A stretch of DNA of 64,000 bases from Bacilli bacterium (lineage in GTDB: Bacteria; Bacillota_I; Bacilli_A; RF39; UBA660), in the NCBI GenBank assembly GCA_017484065.1, contig JAFUTX010000031.1:34581-98580 (forward strand), written 5' to 3'. Position 1 is the stretch's first letter. Each line of letters starts with the position of its first letter. The notes below the pieces were generated by a model, which did no database searches, was not told the origin of the DNA, and worked only from the letters and a program-made list of their open reading frames with translations. Of this stretch, positions 19,951 through 29,656 are shown in pieces. A program made the position numbers and the translations under genes.

Positions 19951-21105
19951 ATGGTAAATAAAAATAAAGATAAAAATGAAATTAACAAAGGTGAAATTAA
20001 TGAGACAGTAGGGCTTTTAAAAAGAATATTAAAGCTCCTTTATATTGTAATGATAGTAGCAGGAATATTCATTATTACACTAATAGCACAAAAATGGGGG
20101 ATACTTGGTTTTATATTATCCTTATTAAAAGTTATGTCTCCATTATTTATTGGATTTGCAATAGCTTGGCTCTTTAATCCAGCAGTAGAAAAAATGGAAA
20201 GGAAAGGTTTGCCAAGATTTGCTGGTACAATGATAGTTTATTTAATACTAATTGTATTTTTAATAATATTCTTTAAACTATTTATACCAACTATGTATGA
20301 TCAAATAAATGAATTAATTAAATCAATACCTAATATTATTAAAAATTTAGAAGATATATTAGATAAAACTTTAACGAAAATGGAATCACCTAATATTGAT
20401 ATAAGTAGTATAAAGGATAACATTCTTAATACTTTAGGTACATTTACTACTAATTTCACTGGTACATTACCAGCAAAAATATTAGATATTATTTTAGGAT
20501 TAATATCTGGCTTGGGTACACTAGTATTTGGTCTTGTTGTAGGTTTATATATGCTATTGGATTTCGAAGCTATAAAGAAACAATTTGTTAAGTATATTCC
20601 AATAAAATATAGACATGAAGCTTCTACTTTAATTGGAAATATTGGTAGTGAAGTTAGAAAAAGTATCAATGGTACTTTATTAGTAGCATTTGCGGTATTT
20701 ATTGGAGATTTCTTAGGATTTGCTGTAGTAGGATTACAAGGAGCATTAATTTTTGCCTTATTCTGTGGATTAACAGATCTAATTCCATATATTGGACCTT
20801 ATATAGGAGGAGCAGCAGCTGTTGTGGTAGGATTTAGTACAAGTACTCCAACTGGTATAGCGGTACTTGCAATAGTAATAATAGTACAATTATTAGAAAA
20901 CTTTGTATTGCAACCAGTTATTATGAGCAAAACTATGAAATTAAATCCAGTAACTATTATTATAGGTTTGTTGATTTTTAACCATTTCTTTGGTATTGTA
21001 GGTATGATTTTAGCAACACCAACTATTGCATTATTAAAAGTTATATATGAATTTATAGCAATGAAATATAATTTCTTTGGTGAAAATGAATTAAAAGAAA
21101 GTTAA
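19951..21105 (+). CDS. AI-2E family transporter (PerM-like)
   Basis: 8 TM helices, YIGPYIGG motif; ATG at 19951 with AAAGGTGGG RBS preferred over GTG at 19939. Confidence 0.8.
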   Translation: MVNKNKDKNEINKGEINETVGLLKRILKLLYIVMIVAGIFIITLIAQKWGILGFILSLLKVMSPLFIGFAIAWLFNPAVEKMERKGLPRFAGTMIVYLILIVFLIIFFKLFIPTMYDQINELIKSIPNIIKNLEDILDKTLTKMESPNIDISSIKDNILNTLGTFTTNFTGTLPAKILDIILGLISGLGTLVFGLVVGLYMLLDFEAIKKQFVKYIPIKYRHEASTLIGNIGSEVRKSINGTLLVAFAVFIGDFLGFAVVGLQGALIFALFCGLTDLIPYIGPYIGGAAAVVVGFSTSTPTGIAVLAIVIIVQLLENFVLQPVIMSKTMKLNPVTIIIGLLIFNHFFGIVGMILATPTIALLKVIYEFIAMKYNFFGENELKES

Positions 21106-21106
21106 G

Positions 21107-21655
21107 GTGAATGATATGAAATTAATCTTGTTAGCAGGAAAAGCGAATTGTGGTAAAACTTCAATGGCTAATTTTATAAGAGAATATTACGTAACAAGAA
21201 GAGTTAATTGTGTTGCTACTGAAATGGGTAAATATTTAAAAATGTATGCTAGAGAATTAACTGATTGGGACGGGAACGAAGCAACTAAACCTAGAAAATA
21301 TTTACAAGATTTAGGTATGCTTATTCGTAAAGATATGAATAATCCATTATTTTTAATTAATCGTATTAAAGAAGATATTGAATTATATCGTAGAGATAAC
21401 GAAGTAATTATAATTAGTGATGTCCGTTTACCAGAAGAGATAGAAGAATTTAGAAATAGTTATGATGATGTTGTAACTATTAATGTAGTTAATCAATATG
21501 GTAACAATACTCTAACTATGGAAGAACAAACTCATTATACTGAATTAGCTTTAGAGAATTATAGTGATTATGATTATACAGTAATTAATGAAGATTTAAA
21601 AACTGCTAGAGAAAAGATACATGAAATTTTAGGGGAGTTAGAAAATGAACATTAA
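21107..21655 (+). CDS. P-loop NTPase, dNMP kinase-like
   Basis: Walker A LLAGKANCGKTS near the N-terminus. Confidence 0.5.
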   Translation: MNDMKLILLAGKANCGKTSMANFIREYYVTRRVNCVATEMGKYLKMYARELTDWDGNEATKPRKYLQDLGMLIRKDMNNPLFLINRIKEDIELYRRDNEVIIISDVRLPEEIEEFRNSYDDVVTINVVNQYGNNTLTMEEQTHYTELALENYSDYDYTVINEDLKTAREKIHEILGELENEH

Positions 21656-23396
21656 AGATAAATATATTAGTTTTTTTGAGAGTAAAGGTCATAAACATAT
21701 ACCTTCAGCACCTATAATACCGGAAAATGACCCAACTAGTTTATTTAATACTGCTGGAATGCAACCATTAGTTCCATATTTGACTGGTAAAGAACATCCA
21801 TTAGGTAAAAGATTAGTTGATTATCAAAAATGTGTTAGAACTAATGATTTAGATGAAGTAGGAGATACAACTCATCATACTTTTTTTGAAATGTTAGGTA
21901 ATTGGAGTTTAGGAGATTATTACAAAGAAGAATCAATTAAGATGAGTTTTGAATTCTTAACTAAAGAATTAAATATCCCATTAGAAAGATTAGCTGTAAC
22001 TGTATTTGCTGGTGATCAATTTATTCCAAGAGATGAGGAATCTGTTGGTATTTGGAAGAGTTTAGGAATAAGTGAAGAAAGAATTGTTTATTTATCAGAT
22101 AATTTTTGGATAGCGGGTAATAGTGGGCCATGTGGTAGTGATACCGAAATCTTTTATTGGCGTAGTGATAAAGAGATTCCACAAGTTTTTGATCCAGAAG
22201 ATGATACTTGGGTAGAGATATGGAATAATGTATTTATGGGCTATTTCAAAGATGAAGAAGGCAATATTACTGAGTTGCCTAAAAAGAATGTTGATACTGG
22301 TATGGGCTTAGAACGTATAGTAGCGGTATTAGAAGGAGTTAATGATAATTACGAATCAAGTATATGGCGACCAATTATTAAAAAAATTGAAGAAATAACT
22401 GGTTTAAGTTATAGTGATGATGAAAATAAAAAAGCTATTAGAATTATAGCTGATCATATTAGAGCTATTGTAATGATTAGTGGAGATAATGCTAATGTTA
22501 CTCCATCTAATACTGATCAAGGGTATATTTTAAGAAGATTAATTAGAAGAACTATTCGTTATGCTAAAAAGTTGAATATCAATATTGAAAGTGATTGGGA
22601 TAAAGAACTTGCTTTAATCGTTATAGATGAATATAGTAAATATTATCAAGAATTAGAAGCTAATAAAGATAAGATATTAACTGTCTTGGAACAAGAAAAA
22701 ATAAAATTTAATCGTACATTAGAAAAAGGATTAAAAGAATTTGAAAAAGTAGTTAATGCTATGGATGGAGATACTATTAATAAAGATAATGCTTTTAGAT
22801 TATATGATACTTTTGGATTTCCAATAGAACTTACTTGTGAACTGGCTAGTGAAAAAAGTTTAAAAGTAGATGTTGATGGATTTAAAGAAAAGTTTAAGGA
22901 ACATCAAGAAAAATCTAAAATGGGAGCAGATAAGAAATTTGCTGGAGGTTTATCAGGACATGGTGAAATAGAAACTAAATATCATACTGCTACTCATTTA
23001 CTTAATGCTGCTTTAAAAGTAATATTAAATAAAGATGTTCATCAAAAAGGAAGTAACATAACTCCAGAGAGAATGCGCTTTGATTTTTCATTTGATCGTA
23101 AGATGACTGATGAAGAGAAAAAAGCTACTGAAGATTTAGTAAATAAGTGGATTAATGAAGGGTTAGAAGTTAGTTGTTTAACTATGAGTAAACAAGAAGC
23201 GATTGATAGTGGAGCAGAATGTATGTTTATAGAAAAATATCCTGATACTGTAACTGTTTATAAAATTGGGGATGTATCTTTAGAAATATGTGGTGGACCA
23301 CATGTTACTAACACTAAAGAAATAGGTACATTTAAAATAAAAAAGGAAGAAGCTTCTTCCGCAGGTGTAAGAAGAATTAAAGCTATAATTGAATAA
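21645..23396 (+). CDS. alaS: alanine--tRNA ligase, unusually short (583 aa; no C-Ala domain, shortened middle region)
   Basis: class II AlaRS motifs (FESKGH..NDPTSLFNTAGMQ, HHTFFEMLGNWS, GPCGSDTEIFYW, GMGLERI) plus editing-site HTATHLL and CGGPH. Confidence 0.8.
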   Translation: MNIKDKYISFFESKGHKHIPSAPIIPENDPTSLFNTAGMQPLVPYLTGKEHPLGKRLVDYQKCVRTNDLDEVGDTTHHTFFEMLGNWSLGDYYKEESIKMSFEFLTKELNIPLERLAVTVFAGDQFIPRDEESVGIWKSLGISEERIVYLSDNFWIAGNSGPCGSDTEIFYWRSDKEIPQVFDPEDDTWVEIWNNVFMGYFKDEEGNITELPKKNVDTGMGLERIVAVLEGVNDNYESSIWRPIIKKIEEITGLSYSDDENKKAIRIIADHIRAIVMISGDNANVTPSNTDQGYILRRLIRRTIRYAKKLNINIESDWDKELALIVIDEYSKYYQELEANKDKILTVLEQEKIKFNRTLEKGLKEFEKVVNAMDGDTINKDNAFRLYDTFGFPIELTCELASEKSLKVDVDGFKEKFKEHQEKSKMGADKKFAGGLSGHGEIETKYHTATHLLNAALKVILNKDVHQKGSNITPERMRFDFSFDRKMTDEEKKATEDLVNKWINEGLEVSCLTMSKQEAIDSGAECMFIEKYPDTVTVYKIGDVSLEICGGPHVTNTKEIGTFKIKKEEASSAGVRRIKAIIE

Positions 23397-23515
23397 ATTA
23401 TAGCTTTTTTAAAACAATCTAGTTGACTTTAAATAAAATATATATTATATTGATACAGAAAGTTGATATTTAGTAAACATGTATATTTATTAGTTTATAT
23501 TCCATAATATAAATA

Positions 23516-23992
23516 TCAATTTTTGATAGTAACACGTTTCTTAATTGTAAACATATCATCCACACGACAACAAACATAATCCATAGATACATTATATTTT
23601 TTACATATTTGATATGCAAAAGCAGTAAGTATACAAGTCTTACCAGTTTCATAAGCGGATATAGTAGATGAAGTAGTATTTAGTTCTTTAGCTAAACTTC
23701 TTAAGGAAAGATTAAAGTGCTCTCTGATTTTTTTTAATCTTAATCCTATCTCTTTTTTATTAATATTATCTTTTACTTTTAAGTTACGTGTACTATCACT
23801 TAATTTTAACATATAATCCATATCGACATTATAATAGTTACATAAAGTATTTAAATGGGTAAGAGGAATAATCTTGATTCCATTTTCCCATGCAGAATAA
23901 GCCGGCTGTGTTACTCCTAACATATTAGCAATGTATCTTTGACTTAAACCATTATAATCTCTTAAATAAAATAATCTATTGTACATAAGCAT
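23516..23992 (-). CDS. XRE family regulator with two HTH domains
   Basis: two Cro/C1-type HTH units; divergent from the paralog pair. Confidence 0.8.
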   Translation of the reverse strand: MLMYNRLFYLRDYNGLSQRYIANMLGVTQPAYSAWENGIKIIPLTHLNTLCNYYNVDMDYMLKLSDSTRNLKVKDNINKKEIGLRLKKIREHFNLSLRSLAKELNTTSSTISAYETGKTCILTAFAYQICKKYNVSMDYVCCRVDDMFTIKKRVTIKN

Positions 23993-24108
23993 ACACCATC
24001 TAAATTTTCCTATGTATATCTTAAAAATTATTAAAATATATAACCAAATACGAGCGACTTATGTTATAATGATTTTAGCATAGATAAAAATAGAAGTAGG
24101 AGGAGTAT

Positions 24109-25707
24109 ATGACAAATAAAAAGAAGATAATATCTTTAATACTTGTGTTGTGCTTATTAGTAGCACTAGGAGTAAGTTATGCTTTATGGACGACTAGTGA
24201 TAGCCAAAGTGATAATAATGAGTTAACTACAGATGATTGTATAGATATAGTATTTGAAGATAAAAGTAGTAATATAACATTAACAGATACAGTACCAGTA
24301 TTAGATAAGTTTGGTATGCAAAAGGCTGGTTATAGTTTTAAGATAACTAATAATTGTACTAAAAATGTCTCATATGATGTTAATTTAGAAAGTTTATCAA
24401 ATGTAGCAGAAGAAAATAGAACTAATTTAAATTATGTAAAGGTAGCATTAATAGAAAAGAGTAGTAATGAAACATATGCTTTTAATACATTAAATAATTT
24501 TGATACAACTAATAGTGTATTAGCTAGCGGTACTGCTTATGATACAAGAGTAATACTAAGAGATGTATTAAGGCCAAATAAATCAGTAGAATATACATTA
24601 AAGATGTGGATGGATGAGTCAACTCCTAATAGTGAACAAAATAAGACATATAATAGTCAAATTACTATATATGGAACACTAACTAATTCATATAATGCAG
24701 TAGAATATTTAACTGAATTAGCTAAGACTAATACAAATGAAATGTATTATGATGGAGCAAGTTATACTGATCCAGATACTAATGAATTAGTAGTAGATAA
24801 TAACCTAAGATATATGGGAGCTAATCCTAATAATTATGTCTGGTTTAATAATGAACCATGGCGAATAATAGGAGTGATGAACAATGTTAAAGGTTCATCT
24901 ACAGATGATGGTAGTGGTGAAACAAGAATTAAGTTGATTAGAGCAGAAAGTTTGGGAGAGTTTCCATACATTGATAGTTGTGCAGATGAATATTGGACAG
25001 ATAATGGTGATGGAACTTATACTTGTTCTTCTAAAAGATATAATAATAACTGGCCAAATAGTACAATAAATAGTTTATTAAATGATTTGTACTGGAATAG
25101 AAAAAATCATGAATCATATCATGGATGGGTTTTTAAAAATGGAACATGGCAAGATTATTTAACAGAAAAAATTGAATTTAAAAAGGATGGTTTAAGAACC
25201 AGTGATAAATCATTAATCGGAAATGCTGTATATTATTTGGGTGGCTACACAAAACAAAGCGAAAATAATTATTATGACTTAAATATGAATACTTCAAAAT
25301 GGTATGAAGCAGAACGAATAAATCAGGGAAATAATAACGAACTAACGTGGATAGGTAATTTGGGTTTAATGTATCCAAGTGATTATAGTTATGCTTCAAA
25401 ATATATATTATCTGATGATTGTAAAAATATCTCATTGTATTCTTGGGCTGAAAGTTTTAATAATAAATGTAAAAATAATGATTGGTTATATAATAGTGTG
25501 TTTTGGGAATGGACAATAACTCCGCGTGCTGATTCAAATGTAAGTTATGCTCATCAAAGCGGTGGCTACATCCGTAATAGTGATTATGGAACAATAGCCA
25601 GTTTTAGTATTCATCCTGTTTTATACCTAAAGAAAAATGTAGAAATGGCTAGTGGAGATGGGTCAAGAACAAATCCATATAGATTAACTATAGAGGAGGG
25701 AGTATAA
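24109..25707 (+). CDS. N-terminally anchored extracellular protein of unknown family (paralog 1, 532 aa)
   Basis: N-terminal TM/signal anchor; shared blocks DGASYTDPDT, NNYVWFNNE-WRIIGVMN, SSKRYNNNWPNST, NELTW-GNLGLMYPSDY, C-terminal NPYRL. Confidence 0.7.
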   Translation: MTNKKKIISLILVLCLLVALGVSYALWTTSDSQSDNNELTTDDCIDIVFEDKSSNITLTDTVPVLDKFGMQKAGYSFKITNNCTKNVSYDVNLESLSNVAEENRTNLNYVKVALIEKSSNETYAFNTLNNFDTTNSVLASGTAYDTRVILRDVLRPNKSVEYTLKMWMDESTPNSEQNKTYNSQITIYGTLTNSYNAVEYLTELAKTNTNEMYYDGASYTDPDTNELVVDNNLRYMGANPNNYVWFNNEPWRIIGVMNNVKGSSTDDGSGETRIKLIRAESLGEFPYIDSCADEYWTDNGDGTYTCSSKRYNNNWPNSTINSLLNDLYWNRKNHESYHGWVFKNGTWQDYLTEKIEFKKDGLRTSDKSLIGNAVYYLGGYTKQSENNYYDLNMNTSKWYEAERINQGNNNELTWIGNLGLMYPSDYSYASKYILSDDCKNISLYSWAESFNNKCKNNDWLYNSVFWEWTITPRADSNVSYAHQSGGYIRNSDYGTIASFSIHPVLYLKKNVEMASGDGSRTNPYRLTIEEGV

Positions 25708-27323
25708 TGAAAAATAAGAAAGTATTAGTAATAGTTATAGTTCTTCTTCTAGTAGTAGTTATTCTAGGTGCTTCATATGCTTTATGGACAACTACAGCAC
25801 ATCAAGATGGTAATAATAGTGCAGCGTTATCTTGTTTAGATATAACTTATGAAAGTATTAGTGAAAATAATATAGAATTAAATGAAGTTTTACCTATAAC
25901 AGATGAAGCAGGTTTAGCTTTAGAAGGATACACTTTTAAAATAACAAATAATTGTAATAGTATAGTAAGATATCAAGTTAATTTAGAAACATTAAATATA
26001 AGTAATGATACTAAGTATTTAAATATAGATTATTTAGATGCTACTATAGATAATGAGTTTATTGAAACATTAGGTAATTATGAAAGTACAACTACACTAC
26101 TAAGTGATAATGAAGCTAGAGATGCTAGAATAATAAAAGAAGGATTATTAGATAAAAGTAGTAATACATCTACTAATAGTGTAATTCATACTTTAAGAGT
26201 ATGGTTAGATAAAGATACTCCTACTAGTGAGAAGTATGCACAATGGAGAGGTAAGATAACTATAAATGCTACAACTCCAACAGAAGATATAATCTATGAT
26301 ACAGCAGCTAACTATTTAACAAATGTAGTAAAACCTACAACAGATGAACTTGTATATGATGGAGCAAGTTATACTGATCCAGATACAGGAGTAGAAATAG
26401 TAGATAATAACTTAAGATATGTTGGAGCCAATCCAGATAACTATGTTTGGTTTAATAATGAGTTATGGAGAATTATTGGTGTAATGAACCATGTAAAAGG
26501 TGGAGAGAATGCACCTAGTGAAGGAGAGACAAGACTTAAGTTAATAAGAGATGAAAGTTTGGGAAATTTTCCGTATTATGAAGATTGTTTAGAAGAAAAT
26601 ATGAATTATGACGCTCAAACTGATAAATGGACATGTTCAAGTAAAAGATACAATAATAATTGGCCAAATAGTACGGCTAATGAAATACTAAATGATTTGT
26701 ATTGGAATCGAAGGCCTCATGCTCCATATAATGGTTACATGTATTTAAAAACCGGCAATCAAACATCTTTTACATGGCAAGATTATAAAACTGAAGCTGT
26801 CGATTTTAGGAATAGTGGACTTAAGAAAGTTTATCAAAATATGATGGAAACTGCTACATATTATTTAGGCGGATATACTTGGGATAATGGTGGTACTTAT
26901 GATGGAGTAACAATGAATACTAAACAGTATTATACAGCTGAAAGAACAAATCAAGGAATTAATAACGAGTTAACGTGGGCAGGAAATTTAGGCTTAATGT
27001 ATCCAAGTGATTATGGCTATGCAAGCAGTGGTTCTGTATCAGGTAGTAGCTGTAGAAATATAGTCCTTAGTACATGGAGTCAGGCAGCAAATGCAAATTG
27101 CAGAAATAACAACTGGTTATTTAGCAGTGCATTCTGGCAATGGACAATGACTCTGCGTGTTGATTATACAATCAATGTGGCAGATGTGAGCATTAGTGGC
27201 AATGTTTCCCACGATAACACGCATATCGGTTTTGGCTTGCGCCCTGTAGCATACCTAAAATCACAAGTCAAAATAATTGGTGGTATAGGTTCTTCAGATA
27301 ACCCATATCGCTTAAGCTTATAA
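25707..27323 (+). CDS. N-terminally anchored extracellular protein of unknown family (paralog 2, 538 aa)
   Basis: same conserved blocks as paralog 1; start overlaps the stop of paralog 1. Confidence 0.7.
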   Translation: MKNKKVLVIVIVLLLVVVILGASYALWTTTAHQDGNNSAALSCLDITYESISENNIELNEVLPITDEAGLALEGYTFKITNNCNSIVRYQVNLETLNISNDTKYLNIDYLDATIDNEFIETLGNYESTTTLLSDNEARDARIIKEGLLDKSSNTSTNSVIHTLRVWLDKDTPTSEKYAQWRGKITINATTPTEDIIYDTAANYLTNVVKPTTDELVYDGASYTDPDTGVEIVDNNLRYVGANPDNYVWFNNELWRIIGVMNHVKGGENAPSEGETRLKLIRDESLGNFPYYEDCLEENMNYDAQTDKWTCSSKRYNNNWPNSTANEILNDLYWNRRPHAPYNGYMYLKTGNQTSFTWQDYKTEAVDFRNSGLKKVYQNMMETATYYLGGYTWDNGGTYDGVTMNTKQYYTAERTNQGINNELTWAGNLGLMYPSDYGYASSGSVSGSSCRNIVLSTWSQAANANCRNNNWLFSSAFWQWTMTLRVDYTINVADVSISGNVSHDNTHIGFGLRPVAYLKSQVKIIGGIGSSDNPYRLSL

Positions 27324-27335
27324 AAAATTCAATGA

Positions 27336-27365
27336 AAATTACTAAGAAATTAGTAATTTTTTTAT
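27336..27365 (+). terminator. intrinsic terminator after the paralog pair
   Basis: AAAATTACTAA-gaaa-TTAGTAATTTT plus T-run. Confidence 0.6.
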
Positions 27366-27368
27366 GCC

Positions 27369-27385
27369 TTCGACACCATTCGACA
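27369..27385 (+). promoter_or_regulatory. two TTCGACA (Spo0A-box-like) motifs 10 bp apart in the repeated YhcG leader
   Basis: TTCGACAccaTTCGACA; reverse complement is TGTCGAA. Confidence 0.35.
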
Positions 27386-27468
27386 AATTTTTGAAAGTAA
27401 TTGTGTTATAGTCTGATTAGAAAAGGGAAATAGTTGATTTACTAAACTATAGAAAAGAGGATAACACA

Positions 27469-27813
27469 ATGAATAAAGTAAAAAAATTAGATAAAAATGC
27501 AACACAAGATTTTAAAAATATAGTTAATAATATTAAAAATGAAATTAAAACAACTCAAATTAAAGTTGCAATAGAAGCAAATAAAAATTTAATTAATCTT
27601 TATTTTAGAATAGGAAAAATATTAAATGATAATTTTAAATATGGCAATAAATTTATAGATGATGTATCACGTGAAATAAAACTAGAATTCCCAAATATTG
27701 AAGGCTTCTCGGTTAGAAATCTCAAATATATGAAAAAATTTTATTTAGAATATAAAGATAATGAAGTTGTGCAACGCGTCGTTGCACAACTTCCGTGGAG
27801 ACAAATTATTTAA
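27469..27813 (+). pseudogene. YhcG/DUF1016-family nuclease, N-terminal fragment (copy A)
   Basis: LEFPNIEGFSVRNLKYMKKFY...QLPW motifs; ends after 114 aa. Confidence 0.55.
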
Positions 27814-27838
27814 GTCTTATATGTTATAGTGCTTTTAA

Positions 27839-27846
27839 GGGGGGGG
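27839..27846 (+). repeat. G8 homopolymer inside a repeated leader copy
   Basis: AAGGGGGGGGAAAA where the other leader copies have AAGGGAAA. Confidence 0.6.
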
Positions 27847-27889
27847 AAAATTAGTTGATTTACTAAAATATAGAAAAGAGGATAACACA

Positions 27890-28810
27890 ATGAATAAAAC
27901 TAAAGATTTAAAAGATGATTATTATAATGAAATTAAAGAAAAATTAATTGAAGATATAGCTTATAGTGCTGTAAAAGATATGTCTAAAGAAAGACATAGA
28001 GTAGCAACTTATTATGATGTTGGCAAAATATTAGCAGAAGCTGGTAAACATTATGGTGATGGTATCATTAAAGAATATTCTAACAAATTAAAAAATGAAC
28101 TTGGAAAAAAATACAACGAACGAACATTGAGAAGTATGCGTCAGCTATATTTATTTTTTGGAAAACAAAAATGGTCCCCAGTGGGGACCAAATTGTCAAT
28201 CAGTCATATTAGACTGTTATTTTGCTTTGATGATAACAATAAAGTAAATTATTATGCTGAACAAGTGGAAAAAAGAAGTCTTTCAAAAAGACAACTGGAA
28301 GAATTAATTAAATCTAAAGAATATGAAAGATTAGATGAAGAAGCTAAATTATAATTAATTAATAAAGAAGATACTGCAATTACTGATTTAATACCAAATC
28401 CTATTATTATTAAAAATACGGCTAATGTTAATGAAGATAATCTAAAAGAAAAAGTCCTTCAACAAATAATTATGGAAGATATTCCATCATTTTTAGAAAA
28501 TCTTGGTAATGGCTATACTTTTATTAAAAATGAGTACAAAATAAAGATAGGTGATCATTTTAATTACATTGATTTGTTACTGTACAATTATAAATGTAAT
28601 TCGTTTGTAGTTGTCGAGTTAAAGGTATCAGAATTAAAGAAAGAACATATAGGACAGATTCATGTATATATGAATTATATTGATGATAATGTAAAGACTA
28701 TAAATCAAAATGCAACTATTGGGATTATTTTAGTTAGAAAAAATAATGAGTTTATTATGGAATATTGTAGTGATGAAAGAATAAAAGCTCGTGAATATGA
28801 ATTAGTTTGA
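27890..28810 (+). pseudogene. YhcG/DUF1016-family PDDEXK nuclease interrupted by a single in-frame TAA at 28352-28354 (copy B)
   Basis: ORFs 27890-28354 and 28472-28810 share a frame; the only stop between them is the TAA; downstream part carries PDDEXK-like D..ELK (IDLLLYN...VVVELKVSELKKEHIGQ). Confidence 0.65.
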
Positions 28811-28821
28811 TTTTTTATCTG

Positions 28822-28838
28822 TTCGACACTATTCGACA
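28822..28838 (+). promoter_or_regulatory. two TTCGACA (Spo0A-box-like) motifs 10 bp apart, second leader copy
   Basis: TTCGACActaTTCGACA. Confidence 0.35.
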
Positions 28839-28921
28839 AATTTTTGAAAGCAGTTATGTTATAGTCTAATTAGAAAAGGGAAATAGTTGATTTACTAAAC
28901 TATAGAAAAGAGGATAACACA

Positions 28922-29518
28922 ATGAAGAAAACGAAAAACTTAAAAGATAATTATTATAATAAAATTAAAGAAAAATTAATTGAAGATATAGCTTATAGTG
29001 CTATAAAAGATATGTCTAAAGAAAGACATACAGTTCAAACTAATTATGAGGTAGGTAAAATACTAGCAGAAGCCGGTAAAAATTATGGGGAAAATATTAT
29101 AGGAAAATATGCTGAAAAATTAGTTGCTGAAGTCCATAAAAAATACCACGAGCGGACATTAAGAAGATATCGTCAATTCTATCTTACTTTTGAAAATCAA
29201 AAATGGTCGCAAGCGGCGACCATTTTGAACTGGTCTCATTACGTAGAACTTTTACCTTTAAAAAATAGTAATGCAATATTATATTATATAGAACAATGTA
29301 AACAATTACATTTAACTAGGAATAAATTAAGAAATAAAATTAAGTCAAAAGAGTATGAAAGATTAGATGATGAAACTAAATTAAAACTAATTAATAAAGA
29401 AGAAATTACTTTAAATGATTTAATTCCTAATCCTATTATTATAAAGGCTAGTAGTATAGAAGATAAGGAGCATATTAAAGAGTATATGTTAAAGAAAATA
29501 ATAATATTAAGAAATTAG
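28922..29518 (+). pseudogene. YhcG/DUF1016-family N-terminal domain fragment, no nuclease domain (copy C)
   Basis: 198 aa with DUF1016 N-domain motifs; ends before the PDDEXK region. Confidence 0.5.
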
Positions 29519-29589
29519 AATTATTAGAAAATGATAGCAATTTATTGATTAGTAATAAGAATTAATAATTTTTTATTTCTTTACATCAG

Positions 29590-29596
29590 TTCGACA
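29590..29596 (+). promoter_or_regulatory. single TTCGACA (Spo0A-box-like) motif upstream of spoIIGA
   Basis: same heptamer about 60 nt upstream of the spoIIGA start. Confidence 0.3.
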
Positions 29597-29656
29597 ATTT
29601 ATTCAAATCTTATGTGATATTCTGATAATAGAAAGGAGCAAAAATATGGAATTATT

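Noticed and set aside
21645-23396. Short alaS as a stand-alone AlaX editing protein
   Set aside because: The N-terminal 250 aa carry the complete class II aminoacylation motifs, so this is a synthetase, not an AlaX.
23470-23652. 60-aa minus-strand ORF overlapping the XRE regulator 3-prime end
   Set aside because: Overlaps the regulator gene in another frame; no RBS.
25660-27323. C-terminal NPYRL of the paralogous surface proteins as a class B sortase (NPxTx-like) sorting signal
   Set aside because: No hydrophobic helix or positively charged tail follows the motif; the proteins end 4-6 residues later, so this is not a cell-wall sorting signal.
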